A stretch of 64,000 nucleotides of DNA from Rhodospirillales bacterium (GCA_038363005.1 JBBQBI010000009.1:2376-66375), one strand, 5' to 3'. Numbered from the stretch's first letter, positions 40,721-50,347 are shown. Notes: a model not told the origin generated them from the letters alone. Made by a program: numbers and translations.

Positions 40721-41619
40721 GACGAGCGCCCCCGGAGCCACTGGTAGAGCGCGTAGAAGGCCAGCGTGATGATCAGCAGCATGACCGAGATGGCGGCCGC
40801 CATCTCCCAGCGCGAGAAGCGGTTGATCAGCAGATCCATCATGTTGGCGATCATCGGCACCTTGCCGCCGCCCAGCACCGCCGGCGTGATGTAGAAGCCG
40901 AGGCTGAGGATGAAGACCAGCACCATGGCAGCCATCAGGGTCGGCAGCGTGATCGGGAAGAACACCTTCCAGAAGGCCGTGCGGTCGGAGGCCCCCAGGG
41001 TCTGCGCCACCTGCCCCAGGCGGGCGTCGACCTTCAGCATGGCGGCATAGAGCGGCAGCACCATGAAAGGCAGCAACACATTGACCATGCCCAGGGTGAC
41101 GCCGAATTCGTTGTACAGGAAGGACACCGGCTTGTCGGCCAAGGCCAGGTCCTTGAGCATGCGGTTGACGATACCGCCGTTGCCCAGCACGACGATCCAG
41201 GCATAGGTGCGCACCAGGATGGAGACCCAGAAGGGAATCACCACGGCGCAGATCGCCACCACCTGCCAGCGCGCCCGCAGCCGGGCGATCCACAGCGCCA
41301 GGGGATAGGCCAGCAGGGCGCAGCAGGCGGTCACCGTCGCCGCTATCACGAAGGTGCGCCAGAGTACGGTGACGTAGATGTGCGAGGAGAAGAATTCCAG
41401 GTAGTTGGCGGTGGTGAAGTCGTAGGTCTTCGCCTCGCGGAAGCTCCAGCCCACCGCCAGCATCAACGGCAGGTCAAAGGCCAGCACCACCACGATCAGC
41501 AGCGGCAGCACGAAAGGCAGGTTGACGACATGCCGCAGCCAGCGCCCGGCCGAGCGCGTCCTGCCTGCCGTTGTCATCGCTGTCGTGGTCACGCTGTTAG
41601 CCCCCCTCCTTGATCGCAA
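40717..41619 (-). CDS. Pot-type ABC permease (PotB-like); start uncertain (41577, 41592 or 41619)
   Basis: It is multi-TM and carries the EAA-like loop AQTLGASDRTAFWKVFFP. Confidence 0.85.
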   Translation of the reverse strand: MRSRRGANSVTTTAMTTAGRTRSAGRWLRHVVNLPFVLPLLIVVVLAFDLPLMLAVGWSFREAKTYDFTTANYLEFFSSHIYVTVLWRTFVIAATVTACCALLAYPLALWIARLRARWQVVAICAVVIPFWVSILVRTYAWIVVLGNGGIVNRMLKDLALADKPVSFLYNEFGVTLGMVNVLLPFMVLPLYAAMLKVDARLGQVAQTLGASDRTAFWKVFFPITLPTLMAAMVLVFILSLGFYITPAVLGGGKVPMIANMMDLLINRFSRWEMAAAISVMLLIITLAFYALYQWLRGRSS

Positions 41620-41678
41620 GATCTCCAGTGGGCCGGCCCACCTTCGAGCCGGCCCACCGAGAACTCTTCAAGCAGACG

Positions 41679-42698
41679 CTACTGCGCCAGCTTGAACTCC
41701 GCCCAGCGCTTCTCGACCTCGTCGTTGTGTTCGACCCACCAGGCACCGTTCTGCAGCCACTGCACGTCCTTGTTCGGACCGTAGGTGGGCATCTCGGCGG
41801 CCTTGTCGGCGGGGATCAGCTTCTCGATCCCCGGGATCGGGCCGGGATAGGAGACGTACTGCATGATGCACTTCTGCCGCTCGGGCTTGGACTGCTCACG
41901 GAACCAGACGTAAGCCGCCTCGACCTCCTTGGGGTCGGCACCCTTGGCGATGACGAACCAGGAGGTGTCGAGCATGCCCTCGTTGAAGTTCACCGTGACG
42001 CCTTCCTGGCCGACCACGCGGCCGGACCAGGCGATGGCGTACTGCGCCTCGTTGTCCTTCAACAGCTGCGGCGGCTGCGCGCCGGCCTGCCACCAGATGG
42101 TATCGTCTTTGATCCGCTCCAGGGTCTTGAAAGCACGGTCGAGGTCGAGCGGGAACAGCTGGTCGACCGGCACCCCGTCACCCATCGCGGCGAAAGTCAG
42201 CACAAAGCCCGGATAGTCGGGCAGCGCCCGCTTGCCCGGGAACTTCTCGGTATCGAAGAACTCCACCCAGTTGGATACCGCCGGCGCGTCGCTGCGATAA
42301 GCCATGATCGTCGAGTAGTAGGAGCTGCCGAAAGCATCCGGCAGTTTCGCATCGTCGAAGATCGGATCAGGATTGACCTTGGCCCAGTCGATCGGCTGGA
42401 TCAGCCCCAGCTCGCGGGCGCGCACCAGCTCGCTGGTCTCCATGTCGAAGACGGTCTGCGAGATGTTGCCGGACTCGACGATGGCACGCAGCTTGGCCAG
42501 GCCACCCGGGCTTTCCGGGATTACCTTGATGCCCATCGACTTGGCCATGTCGTCCTCGATGCACTTGCTGATGGCCTCGCCCCACTGGCCGCCGGCGTGG
42601 AGCACATGCAGCTCCTGGTCGGCGAGCGCCGGGGTCGCCATCGCCAGGGTGGCTGCCCCGGCGAACAGCACAGACGCGAACAAGCTTCCCGTTCTCAT
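41679..42698 (-). CDS. Pot-type extracellular solute-binding protein
   Basis: The signal peptide is MRTGSLFASVLFAGAATLAMATPALA. The body is PotD/PotF-like. Confidence 0.8.
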   Translation of the reverse strand: MRTGSLFASVLFAGAATLAMATPALADQELHVLHAGGQWGEAISKCIEDDMAKSMGIKVIPESPGGLAKLRAIVESGNISQTVFDMETSELVRARELGLIQPIDWAKVNPDPIFDDAKLPDAFGSSYYSTIMAYRSDAPAVSNWVEFFDTEKFPGKRALPDYPGFVLTFAAMGDGVPVDQLFPLDLDRAFKTLERIKDDTIWWQAGAQPPQLLKDNEAQYAIAWSGRVVGQEGVTVNFNEGMLDTSWFVIAKGADPKEVEAAYVWFREQSKPERQKCIMQYVSYPGPIPGIEKLIPADKAAEMPTYGPNKDVQWLQNGAWWVEHNDEVEKRWAEFKLAQ

Positions 42699-42764
42699 TT
42701 TTTTCTCCCTTGCAGTCGCAAAACCTCTTCCTGGGCCAGCCTGGCCCACCGAAGCCGCCGGCGA

Positions 42765-43808
42765 TCAGGCCGGCGGCAGGACCCAGACACTGTCGGGGTC
42801 CCAGTCGAGTGTGACGTGGGTGCCTTCGGCGAAGTGCTGTGCGGACTCGCTGGTCTGCGCCATCAGTGTCAGGCCGGACTCCATGGCGATGGTGTAGCGC
42901 ACCGATTCGCCGAGGAAGACGGCTTCGCTCACCTGGCCCGCCAATGCCCGCTGTGGTCCCTGACCATTGGCCAGGCGGATGCGTTCCGGCCGCAGGACGC
43001 CGACCACCGACCCGCTGGCGTCCTGTGTGGCGGCCGGCGCCAGCTGGCCGTCGGGCAGCCGGATGCCGCCCGGCTGCGCCTGGCCTTCAAGGAAGTTGGC
43101 GATGCCGAGGAAGTCGGCGACGAAGCGGTTCCGCGGCCGGTGATAGATGTCGGTCGGGCTGTCGATCTGCTGCACCTGGCCCTGGTGCAGCACCACGACG
43201 TGATCGCTGAGCGACAGCGCTTCGTCCTGGTCATGCGTCACCAGGATGGTGGTGATCTTCAACTCGCGCTGCAGGCGGCGCAGCTCGACCCGCACCTCCT
43301 CGCGCAGCTTGCGGTCGAGCGCCGCCAGCGGCTCGTCCAGCAGCAGGATGTCGGGCTGGAACACGATCGCGCGGGCCAGCGCGACACGCTGCTGCTGGCC
43401 GCCGGAGAGCTGGTGCGGCTTGCGCCGTTCGAAGCCACCCAGCCGCACGGTCTCCAGCGCCTGGGCGACGCGCTGCTCGACCTCGGCACGGCCGAGCTGG
43501 CGGATGCGCAGCGGGAAGGCGACGTTGTCGAACACCGTCATGTGCGGGAACAGCGCGTAGCTCTGGAACACCAGGCCGACGTTGCGCTGGCGCGCCGGCG
43601 ACCAGGTGACGTCGCGCCCGCCGATGCGGATGGTGCCGCTGTCGGGATGCGCGATGCCAGCCAGCAACGACAGCATCGTGGTTTTGCCGCTGCCCGAGGG
43701 GCCGAGAATCGTGGTGAAGGCACCCGGTGCGACGGTCAGCGAGACGCCGTCGACGGCGCGCACCGGGCCATAGTGCTTACGAACATCGATGAATTCGACT
43801 GCTGTCAC
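42765..43808 (-). CDS. Pot-type ABC ATP-binding protein (PotA-like)
   Basis: Motifs are GPSGSGKTT, LSGGQQQRVALARA and LLLDEPLAALD. It has a C-terminal TOBE-like region. Confidence 0.9.
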   Translation of the reverse strand: MTAVEFIDVRKHYGPVRAVDGVSLTVAPGAFTTILGPSGSGKTTMLSLLAGIAHPDSGTIRIGGRDVTWSPARQRNVGLVFQSYALFPHMTVFDNVAFPLRIRQLGRAEVEQRVAQALETVRLGGFERRKPHQLSGGQQQRVALARAIVFQPDILLLDEPLAALDRKLREEVRVELRRLQRELKITTILVTHDQDEALSLSDHVVVLHQGQVQQIDSPTDIYHRPRNRFVADFLGIANFLEGQAQPGGIRLPDGQLAPAATQDASGSVVGVLRPERIRLANGQGPQRALAGQVSEAVFLGESVRYTIAMESGLTLMAQTSESAQHFAEGTHVTLDWDPDSVWVLPPA

Positions 43809-45226
43809 CGCAAAGGGGTCCCTTCCACCGGCCAGGCGCTCACGATCTCCACCTGGGCCCGTTCGGCCATGCGGCGGGTGGAGGCGCGCGCCTGGGCATA
43901 AACCAGGGTCTCGTCCAGCCGGGTCAGTTGCCCGCCACGGACGATGATGTCGCCGTTGACCACCACAGTATCGACGCCCTTGGTGCGATCGACTAGCGCC
44001 AGCTGGCGCAGCGGATCGACATTGGGCTGGTTGTCCGCCAGATCGGGGTCGCGGATCACGATGTCGGCCAGACGGCCGGGTGCCAGCACGCCCAGGTCGT
44101 CGGGCAGGCCGAAGGCCACCGCGCCGCAGCGGGTGAACATCTCCACCAGGCTCTCCGACGGCAGGAAGTCGCCTTCGCTGCGGGTCAGCAGATAGGCGAT
44201 ATAGCCCAGCTCGCCATAGGTCCAGGTCTTGGCCACATCGGCGCCGAAGGTGATCGGCGTGCCGGCGGCATAGAGCCCCGGCATGCGGTTCGGACCCTGC
44301 TTGCCGATGGCATAGAACATGTAGTTGCCGGGCTGCCAGACCAGCGCCATGCCGGACTGGTTGACCGCCGCCACCTCAGCCTCGCTGAGGATGTTCATGT
44401 GGGTGAAGCAGACGTTCTTCCCCAGGACACCGATCTCGGCTAGGTGGACCAACGGGTCCGTGCCGAAACGCTCGCGGTCATAGGCGGCGTCGCCGGCCAT
44501 GAAGTTCTGGTGCTGGTGGAACACGCTGCCGCTCTCGTCGGTCAGCTGCTTGGCCGCCTTCAACAGCGGCTCGGTAGCGCTGCCCAGGCCATAGAGCGCG
44601 ACGTGGCCGCGCACCAGGGCGTCCTTGTTGCCGTTGCGCTTCAGCTGCGTGCCCAGCAGCTTCTCGACCCGCTTGGCATCACAGGGCGCGCGCTTGATGT
44701 TGCCGGCCGCGGGTTCGCCGCCGATCAGGTCCCACAGGAAGGGATCGCCCAGGGTGACGCGGATGCCCACCGCCTCGCAGGCAGCGGCCACGGCATCGGG
44801 CTCGAAGGCGGTGGCGGCCTCGACGAAGCCGGTGAAGCCGTTCTTCGCCATCTCCACCGCCGCCATCAGTGCCGAATCGTACTCCGCCGCATCGTCCAGC
44901 GCGTTGATCCAGCGGTCGTAGGCGCCTGGCCCCAGCTTGCCGCCCTTCGGCCGCGGGTTGTCGGTGATGGCACCGCGCGACAAATGCAGCGAGGCGTGGG
45001 TGTGGCCGTCGATGTAGCCCGGATGCACCAGGCCGCCGCGCGCGTCGAGGCTGCGCTTCGCCTGGTAGGCCTTCGCCAGCGCGGCGCTGGAACCCACGGC
45101 GACGATGCGCGTGCCGGTGATCGCCACCGCGCCGTCGTTGATGATACGGCGGGTGTCATCCAGCGTCAGCACCTGGCCATGCAGGATCAGCAGGTCGCAG
45201 GCTTGCGGTTTCTGTGCTTCGGTCAT
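43805..45226 (-). CDS. amidohydrolase-superfamily enzyme (metal-dependent hydrolase/deaminase type)
   Basis: The N-terminus has LVHPGYIDGHTHASLH (HxH metal motif). It overlaps potA-like by 4 nt. Confidence 0.8.
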   Translation of the reverse strand: MTEAQKPQACDLLILHGQVLTLDDTRRIINDGAVAITGTRIVAVGSSAALAKAYQAKRSLDARGGLVHPGYIDGHTHASLHLSRGAITDNPRPKGGKLGPGAYDRWINALDDAAEYDSALMAAVEMAKNGFTGFVEAATAFEPDAVAAACEAVGIRVTLGDPFLWDLIGGEPAAGNIKRAPCDAKRVEKLLGTQLKRNGNKDALVRGHVALYGLGSATEPLLKAAKQLTDESGSVFHQHQNFMAGDAAYDRERFGTDPLVHLAEIGVLGKNVCFTHMNILSEAEVAAVNQSGMALVWQPGNYMFYAIGKQGPNRMPGLYAAGTPITFGADVAKTWTYGELGYIAYLLTRSEGDFLPSESLVEMFTRCGAVAFGLPDDLGVLAPGRLADIVIRDPDLADNQPNVDPLRQLALVDRTKGVDTVVVNGDIIVRGGQLTRLDETLVYAQARASTRRMAERAQVEIVSAWPVEGTPLR

Positions 45227-45237
45227 AGTGGGGTCTC

Positions 45238-46860
45238 CTAGCGCCAGGTGCCGCTGTCGCGGTCCCAGGCTCCGGTTGTCTGGTCGGCGCGGGCGCGCAG
45301 CGGCTGCTTCTGCACCCGCATGGACGGCGTGCGCTCGAAGTCCTCGGGATGGAACTCGATGTAGCGCGGCACCTTGTAGGGCGCGAGCTTCGACTTGCAG
45401 TAGTCGACAACCTCCTGCGGCGTCATGGTCACGCCCGGCTTCAGCTGGACATAGGCCTTCACCTCCTCGCCGCGCAGCGTATCGGGCACCGGGATCACCG
45501 CCGCCTCGACGACCTGCGGGTGGCCGCGCAGCACCGCCTCGACCTCTGCCGAGGAGATGTTCTCGCCCATGCGGCGGATGATCTCCTTCTTGCGGCCGAC
45601 GAAATAGAGCAGGCCGCGCTCGTCGCGCCGCACCAGGTCGCCGGAGTGATACCAGCCGCCCTTGTTGGCCTCGGCCGTCACCTCGGGCCGCCCGAGGTAG
45701 CCGACATAGATATCGGGGCCCTTGATCAGCGCCTCGCCGGCGGTACCCAGCGGCACCTCTTCGTCGTTGTCGTCGCCGACGCGGATCTCCATCGACGGCG
45801 GCTCGACGCCGATGGCGCCGGTGCCGACCAGCTCGTCAGCCAGGTGCAGCGGCACGCGGGTCATGATGCCGCCCTCGGTAGAGCCATACTGGTCGAGCCA
45901 GTGGAAGCCGAAGCGCTGCACCATTTCGGCGTGCAGCTCCTTAGGCAGGCCGGCATGCACCGCCAGGCGGATGCGGTGGTCCTGCTCCTTCTCGCTCGGC
46001 TCGCCCTTCAGCAGCAGCGCCGGGACCGAGGCGATGGAGAGGATTTCCGTGGCATCGTACTTGGTCACCACCTCCCAGAAGCGCGAGACCGAGAAGCGCC
46101 GCATCGCCACCATGGTGCCGCGCGACGCCAGCGAGGTGATGAGCTGGATCGCCGGGTCGGCGTAGTAGAACGGCAGGCAGCAGAGCTGACGGTCCTGCCA
46201 GCCGCGGCGGAACAGCCGCAGGTCGACGTCGATGACCCTGATCCACCAGCCGTGATGCAGCATGCAGCCCTTGGGCGCGCCGGTGGTGCCCGAGGTGTAG
46301 TAGACCGTGATCACGTCGTCGCGCTGGCAGGGCGACTTGGAGAAGTCGAGCGGCGGCTCCAGTGTCTCGTAGGCCTCCAGCCCCTTCGGCTCCTCGCCGT
46401 CCACCACGACCAGGTGCTGCAGGGTCGGCGCGCCGGGCTGCAGCGATTCCATCAGCGCCAGCTGCGGCTTGCCGACGATGGCGGCGACCGGGGTGGAGTC
46501 CTTCAAGATATGGCCGGCATCATGCTCCTGCGCGGTCGGCGCGATGGAGACCAGGATGCCGCGATTGGCGACGATGGCGAAAAGCGCGATCATGAACTCG
46601 ACACGGTTGTCGAGCATGACCACGACGCGGTCGTGCGGCTTGATGAAGCGCGCCAGGTAGCCGGCGAAGCGCTGGCTACGCTCCAGCAGCTCGCCGCGGG
46701 TGATCACCAGGCCGTCCTCGATGATCAGCGCCGGACGGTAGGGGTCGCTGCTGCAGCCCTGGTGCAGGATCTCGATGACGTTCTGCTGCGTCACCGCGGT
46801 GAAGTTCTCCGGCGCCACGTGGTGGCGCTCGCGGGTCACGCTGTTGCCGGCCGGGCTCAT
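45238..46860 (-). CDS. AMP-dependent acyl-CoA synthetase/ligase
   Basis: The AMP-binding motif is VYYTSGTTGAPKG, with further motifs YGSTEGG, GWYHSGD and GRKKEIIR. Confidence 0.9.
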   Translation of the reverse strand: MSPAGNSVTRERHHVAPENFTAVTQQNVIEILHQGCSSDPYRPALIIEDGLVITRGELLERSQRFAGYLARFIKPHDRVVVMLDNRVEFMIALFAIVANRGILVSIAPTAQEHDAGHILKDSTPVAAIVGKPQLALMESLQPGAPTLQHLVVVDGEEPKGLEAYETLEPPLDFSKSPCQRDDVITVYYTSGTTGAPKGCMLHHGWWIRVIDVDLRLFRRGWQDRQLCCLPFYYADPAIQLITSLASRGTMVAMRRFSVSRFWEVVTKYDATEILSIASVPALLLKGEPSEKEQDHRIRLAVHAGLPKELHAEMVQRFGFHWLDQYGSTEGGIMTRVPLHLADELVGTGAIGVEPPSMEIRVGDDNDEEVPLGTAGEALIKGPDIYVGYLGRPEVTAEANKGGWYHSGDLVRRDERGLLYFVGRKKEIIRRMGENISSAEVEAVLRGHPQVVEAAVIPVPDTLRGEEVKAYVQLKPGVTMTPQEVVDYCKSKLAPYKVPRYIEFHPEDFERTPSMRVQKQPLRARADQTTGAWDRDSGTWR

Positions 46861-47693
46861 GGCTGTATCTCCCCGAAGCCGTTCTTAATGACGACGTGCT
46901 TGCCAAGGTCAAGGGACTCGAAGCGCACGACCTGGCGGCCGCGCTGGCTGCCCCCGTCGCTCAGGCGCGTGGTCAGCGTCTGTCCGCCGGTGAGGAACAG
47001 CGGGTGCGAGAAGCGGCAGCCCAGGCGCCGCAGCCGGCGAACGTCGCCGCCGCAGGGCCCATCCACCACGGCGCGGCTGGCCAGCGCGATGCTGCACATG
47101 CCGTGCAGGAACGGCGCCGGGAAGCCCTTGGCCTTGGCCGCCGCGTTGTCGAGCGTATAGGGCGAGTAGTCGCGTGCCGCATCGGCATAGCGGAAGGCGA
47201 TGTCGTCCGGCAGCGCAATACTCACCTCGCCTAGCGCCTTGCCGCTCTCACCCAATGGCCGGTCCGGCGGTGGATCGCCACGGTCCTCGGGAACCGCGGC
47301 GCCCTGTACCAGGCAGCCGGAATATTGCACGCAGACCAGGTCGCCCGTGTGGGTCTGGGTCTCCGCCCGCACCACCAGCTGCACACCGGCCTTGGAGCCG
47401 GCGATGCGCTGCAGCACCGAGCGGGTGAAGAGTCGCTGTCCGGGTTCGATCGGCCGGTGGAAGTGGAAGTCGTGCTCGCCGTGGATGATGAATCCGTCGG
47501 TTACCGCGCGCAGCTCCTCCACCAGAGACTGCATGACCGGGATGTGGGCGAAGACCGGGGGCGCGACGCGGCCCACCGCCTGTGCCGGGTTGTCATCGCC
47601 CAGCGCGGCGGCAAACTGCGCCAGCCGGTAGCTGTTGACCCGGAATTCCTCGCTCTCTCGGACAGAGCCCACCCGGGCAAGATCGAAGCGCAA
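46857..47693 (-). CDS. double hot-dog MaoC-like protein
   Basis: It has two hot-dog-sized halves. The second half carries a degenerate hydratase motif, AARDYSPYTLD. It overlaps the ligase gene by 4 nt. Confidence 0.65.
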   Translation of the reverse strand: MRFDLARVGSVRESEEFRVNSYRLAQFAAALGDDNPAQAVGRVAPPVFAHIPVMQSLVEELRAVTDGFIIHGEHDFHFHRPIEPGQRLFTRSVLQRIAGSKAGVQLVVRAETQTHTGDLVCVQYSGCLVQGAAVPEDRGDPPPDRPLGESGKALGEVSIALPDDIAFRYADAARDYSPYTLDNAAAKAKGFPAPFLHGMCSIALASRAVVDGPCGGDVRRLRRLGCRFSHPLFLTGGQTLTTRLSDGGSQRGRQVVRFESLDLGKHVVIKNGFGEIQP

Positions 47694-47721
47694 GCGGTGC
47701 CTCCCCTCGTTGGTAGCGGTT

Positions 47722-48633
47722 TCAGCGCACGATGTCGGACAGCTCGGGCACGAAGTCGGCCAGGCCGGGCAGCGCCGGTAGCTTGCCGGCCAGCGCCTGT
47801 TCCAGGCCGGCGACGCTCCAGCGCCCCTCGGTCCGCACGTCGGCGGCGATGACGCTGGGCTGGATCACCTCGACCCGGTTGCCGTAGGCCTGGAAGACCT
47901 GGCCGCTCGCCGGGCAATCCTCGGTCGCCAGCCAGGCGATCAGCGGCGAGACGTTGGCCGGGTCGAAGGTGTCGAACTGCCCGGCCGGCGGTGGCTTCAG
48001 GCTGGTCTCGATGCGGGTGCGGGCCGAGGGCGAGACGGCGTTGGCGCGCACGCCGTACTTGGCGCCCTCCTGCGCCATGACGCGGGCCAGCCCCACCACC
48101 GCCAGCTTGGCGGCGGAGTAGTTCGCCTGGCCGAAGGAGCCGACCAGGCCGGCCAGCGAGGTGGTGCAGACCACCGAGGCCTTGACCTTGTGGCCAGCCT
48201 TGGCGCGTTCACGCCACCAGGTCATGGCGTGGCGCGACGGTGCCGCGTGGCCCTTCAGATGGACGCGGATCACCGCGTCCCACTCGCTCTCATCCATGTT
48301 GGCGAAGAGGCGGTCGCGCAGGATGCCGGCATTGTTCACCAGCACGTGCAGGTCGCCGAAGCGCTGGATCGCCAGCTCGATCATCGCCTTGGCATCGGCC
48401 CAGTCGGCTACATCATGGCCGCTGACTACGGCCTCGCCGCCCTGCGCCACGATCTCGGCGACCACGGACTGCGCTGGTGTCGCGTCTTTGCCGTGGCCCT
48501 GCAGATCGCCGCCGAGATCGTTGACCACGACCTTGGCGCCTTCGGCGGCCAGCATCAGCGCATGCGCACGCCCCAGGCCACGGCCAGCGCCGGTGACGAT
48601 AGCGACGCGCCCCTGCAAAGCTCCGCTCGCCAT
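47722..48633 (-). CDS. short-chain dehydrogenase/reductase
   Basis: The cofactor motif is VAIVTGAGRGLGRA and the active-site region is YSAAKLA. The start was placed at ATG 48633 inside listed ORF 47722..48714. Confidence 0.9.
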   Translation of the reverse strand: MASGALQGRVAIVTGAGRGLGRAHALMLAAEGAKVVVNDLGGDLQGHGKDATPAQSVVAEIVAQGGEAVVSGHDVADWADAKAMIELAIQRFGDLHVLVNNAGILRDRLFANMDESEWDAVIRVHLKGHAAPSRHAMTWWRERAKAGHKVKASVVCTTSLAGLVGSFGQANYSAAKLAVVGLARVMAQEGAKYGVRANAVSPSARTRIETSLKPPPAGQFDTFDPANVSPLIAWLATEDCPASGQVFQAYGNRVEVIQPSVIAADVRTEGRWSVAGLEQALAGKLPALPGLADFVPELSDIVR

Positions 48634-48748
48634 GCCATTCTTCTCCCCGCGTGCCGACCCCTGATCGCTGGGTCCCTGCCCGTCCTGCTGGTCGGTCCGC
48701 TCTGCGGCGGGCACGACGGTCTTGTTTCAGATCACGACACTTTTGTTG

Positions 48749-48771
48749 TTATACTGAACTTGTGTTGAAAA
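48749..48771. promoter_or_regulatory. AT-rich box TTATACTGAACTTGTGTTGAAAA sharing TATAsTGAACyTGT with the 35847 box
   Basis: Read directly. It lies in the divergent region between the SDR operon (start 48633) and the GNAT gene. Confidence 0.3.
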
Positions 48772-48821
48772 TGGCGTCAAGCTGCTTCGCAAGCATCGCG
48801 ACGCAAAAGAAGGAGGCGGGA

Positions 48822-49283
48822 GTGACGGGACCCATCGCGCTACGCCGGCCGCGCGCCGCCGACGAGGCCGCCTGGCGCGGCCTGTGGGACGCGCTGGTGG
48901 CCACCGGCCCGGAACCCTGCAGCGCCGCGGCGCCGGCGGCAGTATGGCAGCGCGTGCTGCGCGCCGACGATCCCATGGGCCTGTGGCTGGCGGTCGATGC
49001 CGCGGACCATCCGGTCGGATTCGTACTCTCGGTGGTCTTCCCCTACTCCTGGAGCACGCATCCGGTCTGCTACCTGCTCGACCTCTATGTCGCGCCGACA
49101 CTGCGTGGCCTGGGTGTCGGGCGGCGCCTGATCGAGCAGCTGGCGGCCGAGGGTCGCGCCGCCGGTTGGCTGAAGCTGATGTGGATGACGCAGCACGACA
49201 ACGCCGAGGCGCAGCACCTCTACGACAAGGTCGCCATCCGCTCCACGCTGGTGCGCTACGACCTGCCACTCACGGAACACTGA
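48822..49283 (+). CDS. GNAT-family N-acetyltransferase (GTG start after a GAAGGAGG RBS; alternative ATG 48771)
   Basis: Motif A reads LYVAPTLRGLGVGRRLIEQL. Confidence 0.7.
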   Translation: MTGPIALRRPRAADEAAWRGLWDALVATGPEPCSAAAPAAVWQRVLRADDPMGLWLAVDAADHPVGFVLSVVFPYSWSTHPVCYLLDLYVAPTLRGLGVGRRLIEQLAAEGRAAGWLKLMWMTQHDNAEAQHLYDKVAIRSTLVRYDLPLTEH

Positions 49284-49287
49284 GCCC

Positions 49288-49968
49288 ATGACCGACCGCC
49301 GCATCACCATCGCGCCCGCCGCGCCACCCGTGCCGGCCGGGCTGCTGGACGTCATCGCCGGGGCCACACCGGGCAACCTCTGCGACGCGCAGGGTGGCGG
49401 CGGCGCGTTGCCCACGGCCATTCGCCCGGTCACCGCGCGCTGCGACTTCGCCGGCCGCGCGCTGACGGTGCAGCTGCCGCCGGGCGACCACCTGGCGCTG
49501 TGGGCCGCCATTGCCCAGGCGCGGCCTGGCGACGTGCTGGTTGCCGCCACCGGCGGCTGCCTGACGCGCGCCATCCTGGGTGACCTGATGGCGGGACTGG
49601 CGATCAACGCCGGCGCCGTCGCCCTGGTGACCGACGGCGCGCTGCGCGATGCCGAGGGTATTGCCGGGCGCGGCCTGGTGGCCTTCGCCGCGGCGCTTTG
49701 CCCGACACCGCCGACGCGCGACGGTGGCGGCAGCGTCGGCCAGCCGGTGACCCTGGGCGAGGTCACGGTGCGGAGCGGCGACCTGCTGGTCGGCAACCGC
49801 GATGGCGTGACCGTCGTGCCGCAGAGCGGCTTTGCCAGCCTGGCCGAGGGCCTGGCCGGCGTGCGGGCGCGCGAGGCTGCGATCGAGGCGCTGATCGCCG
49901 CCGGCGGCCACCTGCCGCCGGCGATGCGCGAGAAACTTGCCGCGTGCGGCGTGACATTCAGCGGCTGA
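49288..49968 (+). CDS. RraA-family protein (aldolase/decarboxylase or RNase E regulator-like)
   Basis: Motifs are GDVLVAATGG, AILGDLMAGLAINAGAVALVTDGALRD and GDLLVGNRDGV. Confidence 0.75.
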   Translation: MTDRRITIAPAAPPVPAGLLDVIAGATPGNLCDAQGGGGALPTAIRPVTARCDFAGRALTVQLPPGDHLALWAAIAQARPGDVLVAATGGCLTRAILGDLMAGLAINAGAVALVTDGALRDAEGIAGRGLVAFAAALCPTPPTRDGGGSVGQPVTLGEVTVRSGDLLVGNRDGVTVVPQSGFASLAEGLAGVRAREAAIEALIAAGGHLPPAMREKLAACGVTFSG

Positions 49969-49986
49969 CCGGCGCCGCCGCCAGCC

Positions 49987-50289
49987 TCAGAGTTCCCGCG
50001 CGATCAGCCGCGTCATGGCGCGGATCGCCCGCGCGTCGCGGCGATAGAAGGTCCACTGCTTGCGCCGCGTGGCACGCAGCAGGCCGGTCGCCGCCAGCAG
50101 CTGCAGGTGCGCCGTCGCCGTCGGCTGGCTGACGCCCAGCTTGCGGGCAATCAGCACGACGCAGACGCCGTCCTTCACCAGGTCGCCGTCGACCTGCGGC
50201 GGAAAATGCGCCGCCGGATCCTTCAGCCAGTCGAGGATCTGCAACCGTGGCCGACTGGCCAAGGCGCGCAGCGTCGCTTGGATAGACAT
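49987..50289 (-). CDS. ArsR/SmtB-family transcriptional regulator
   Basis: The winged-HTH region reads RPRLQILDWL..IARKLGVSQPTATAHLQLLAATGLL. Confidence 0.85.
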   Translation of the reverse strand: MSIQATLRALASRPRLQILDWLKDPAAHFPPQVDGDLVKDGVCVVLIARKLGVSQPTATAHLQLLAATGLLRATRRKQWTFYRRDARAIRAMTRLIAREL

Positions 50290-50307
50290 ATAGGGATTTT
50301 CCTATAT
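50288..50307. promoter_or_regulatory. perfect inverted repeat ATATAGG-N6-CCTATAT overlapping the arsR-like start codon
   Basis: Read directly. It is the only AT-rich palindrome in the 58-nt divergent region. Confidence 0.35.
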
Positions 50308-50347
50308 CGTGGCCCGCCGTCAAGCGTTATCGGCACGGGAGGCAGGC

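Noticed and set aside
46857-47693. Possible pseudo-enzyme status of the double hot-dog protein (degenerate hydratase motif RDYSPYTLD, His apparently replaced)
   Set aside because: This rests on a single by-eye motif comparison. Fused double hot-dog hydratases normally carry one degenerate half, so it is not evidence of anything unusual.
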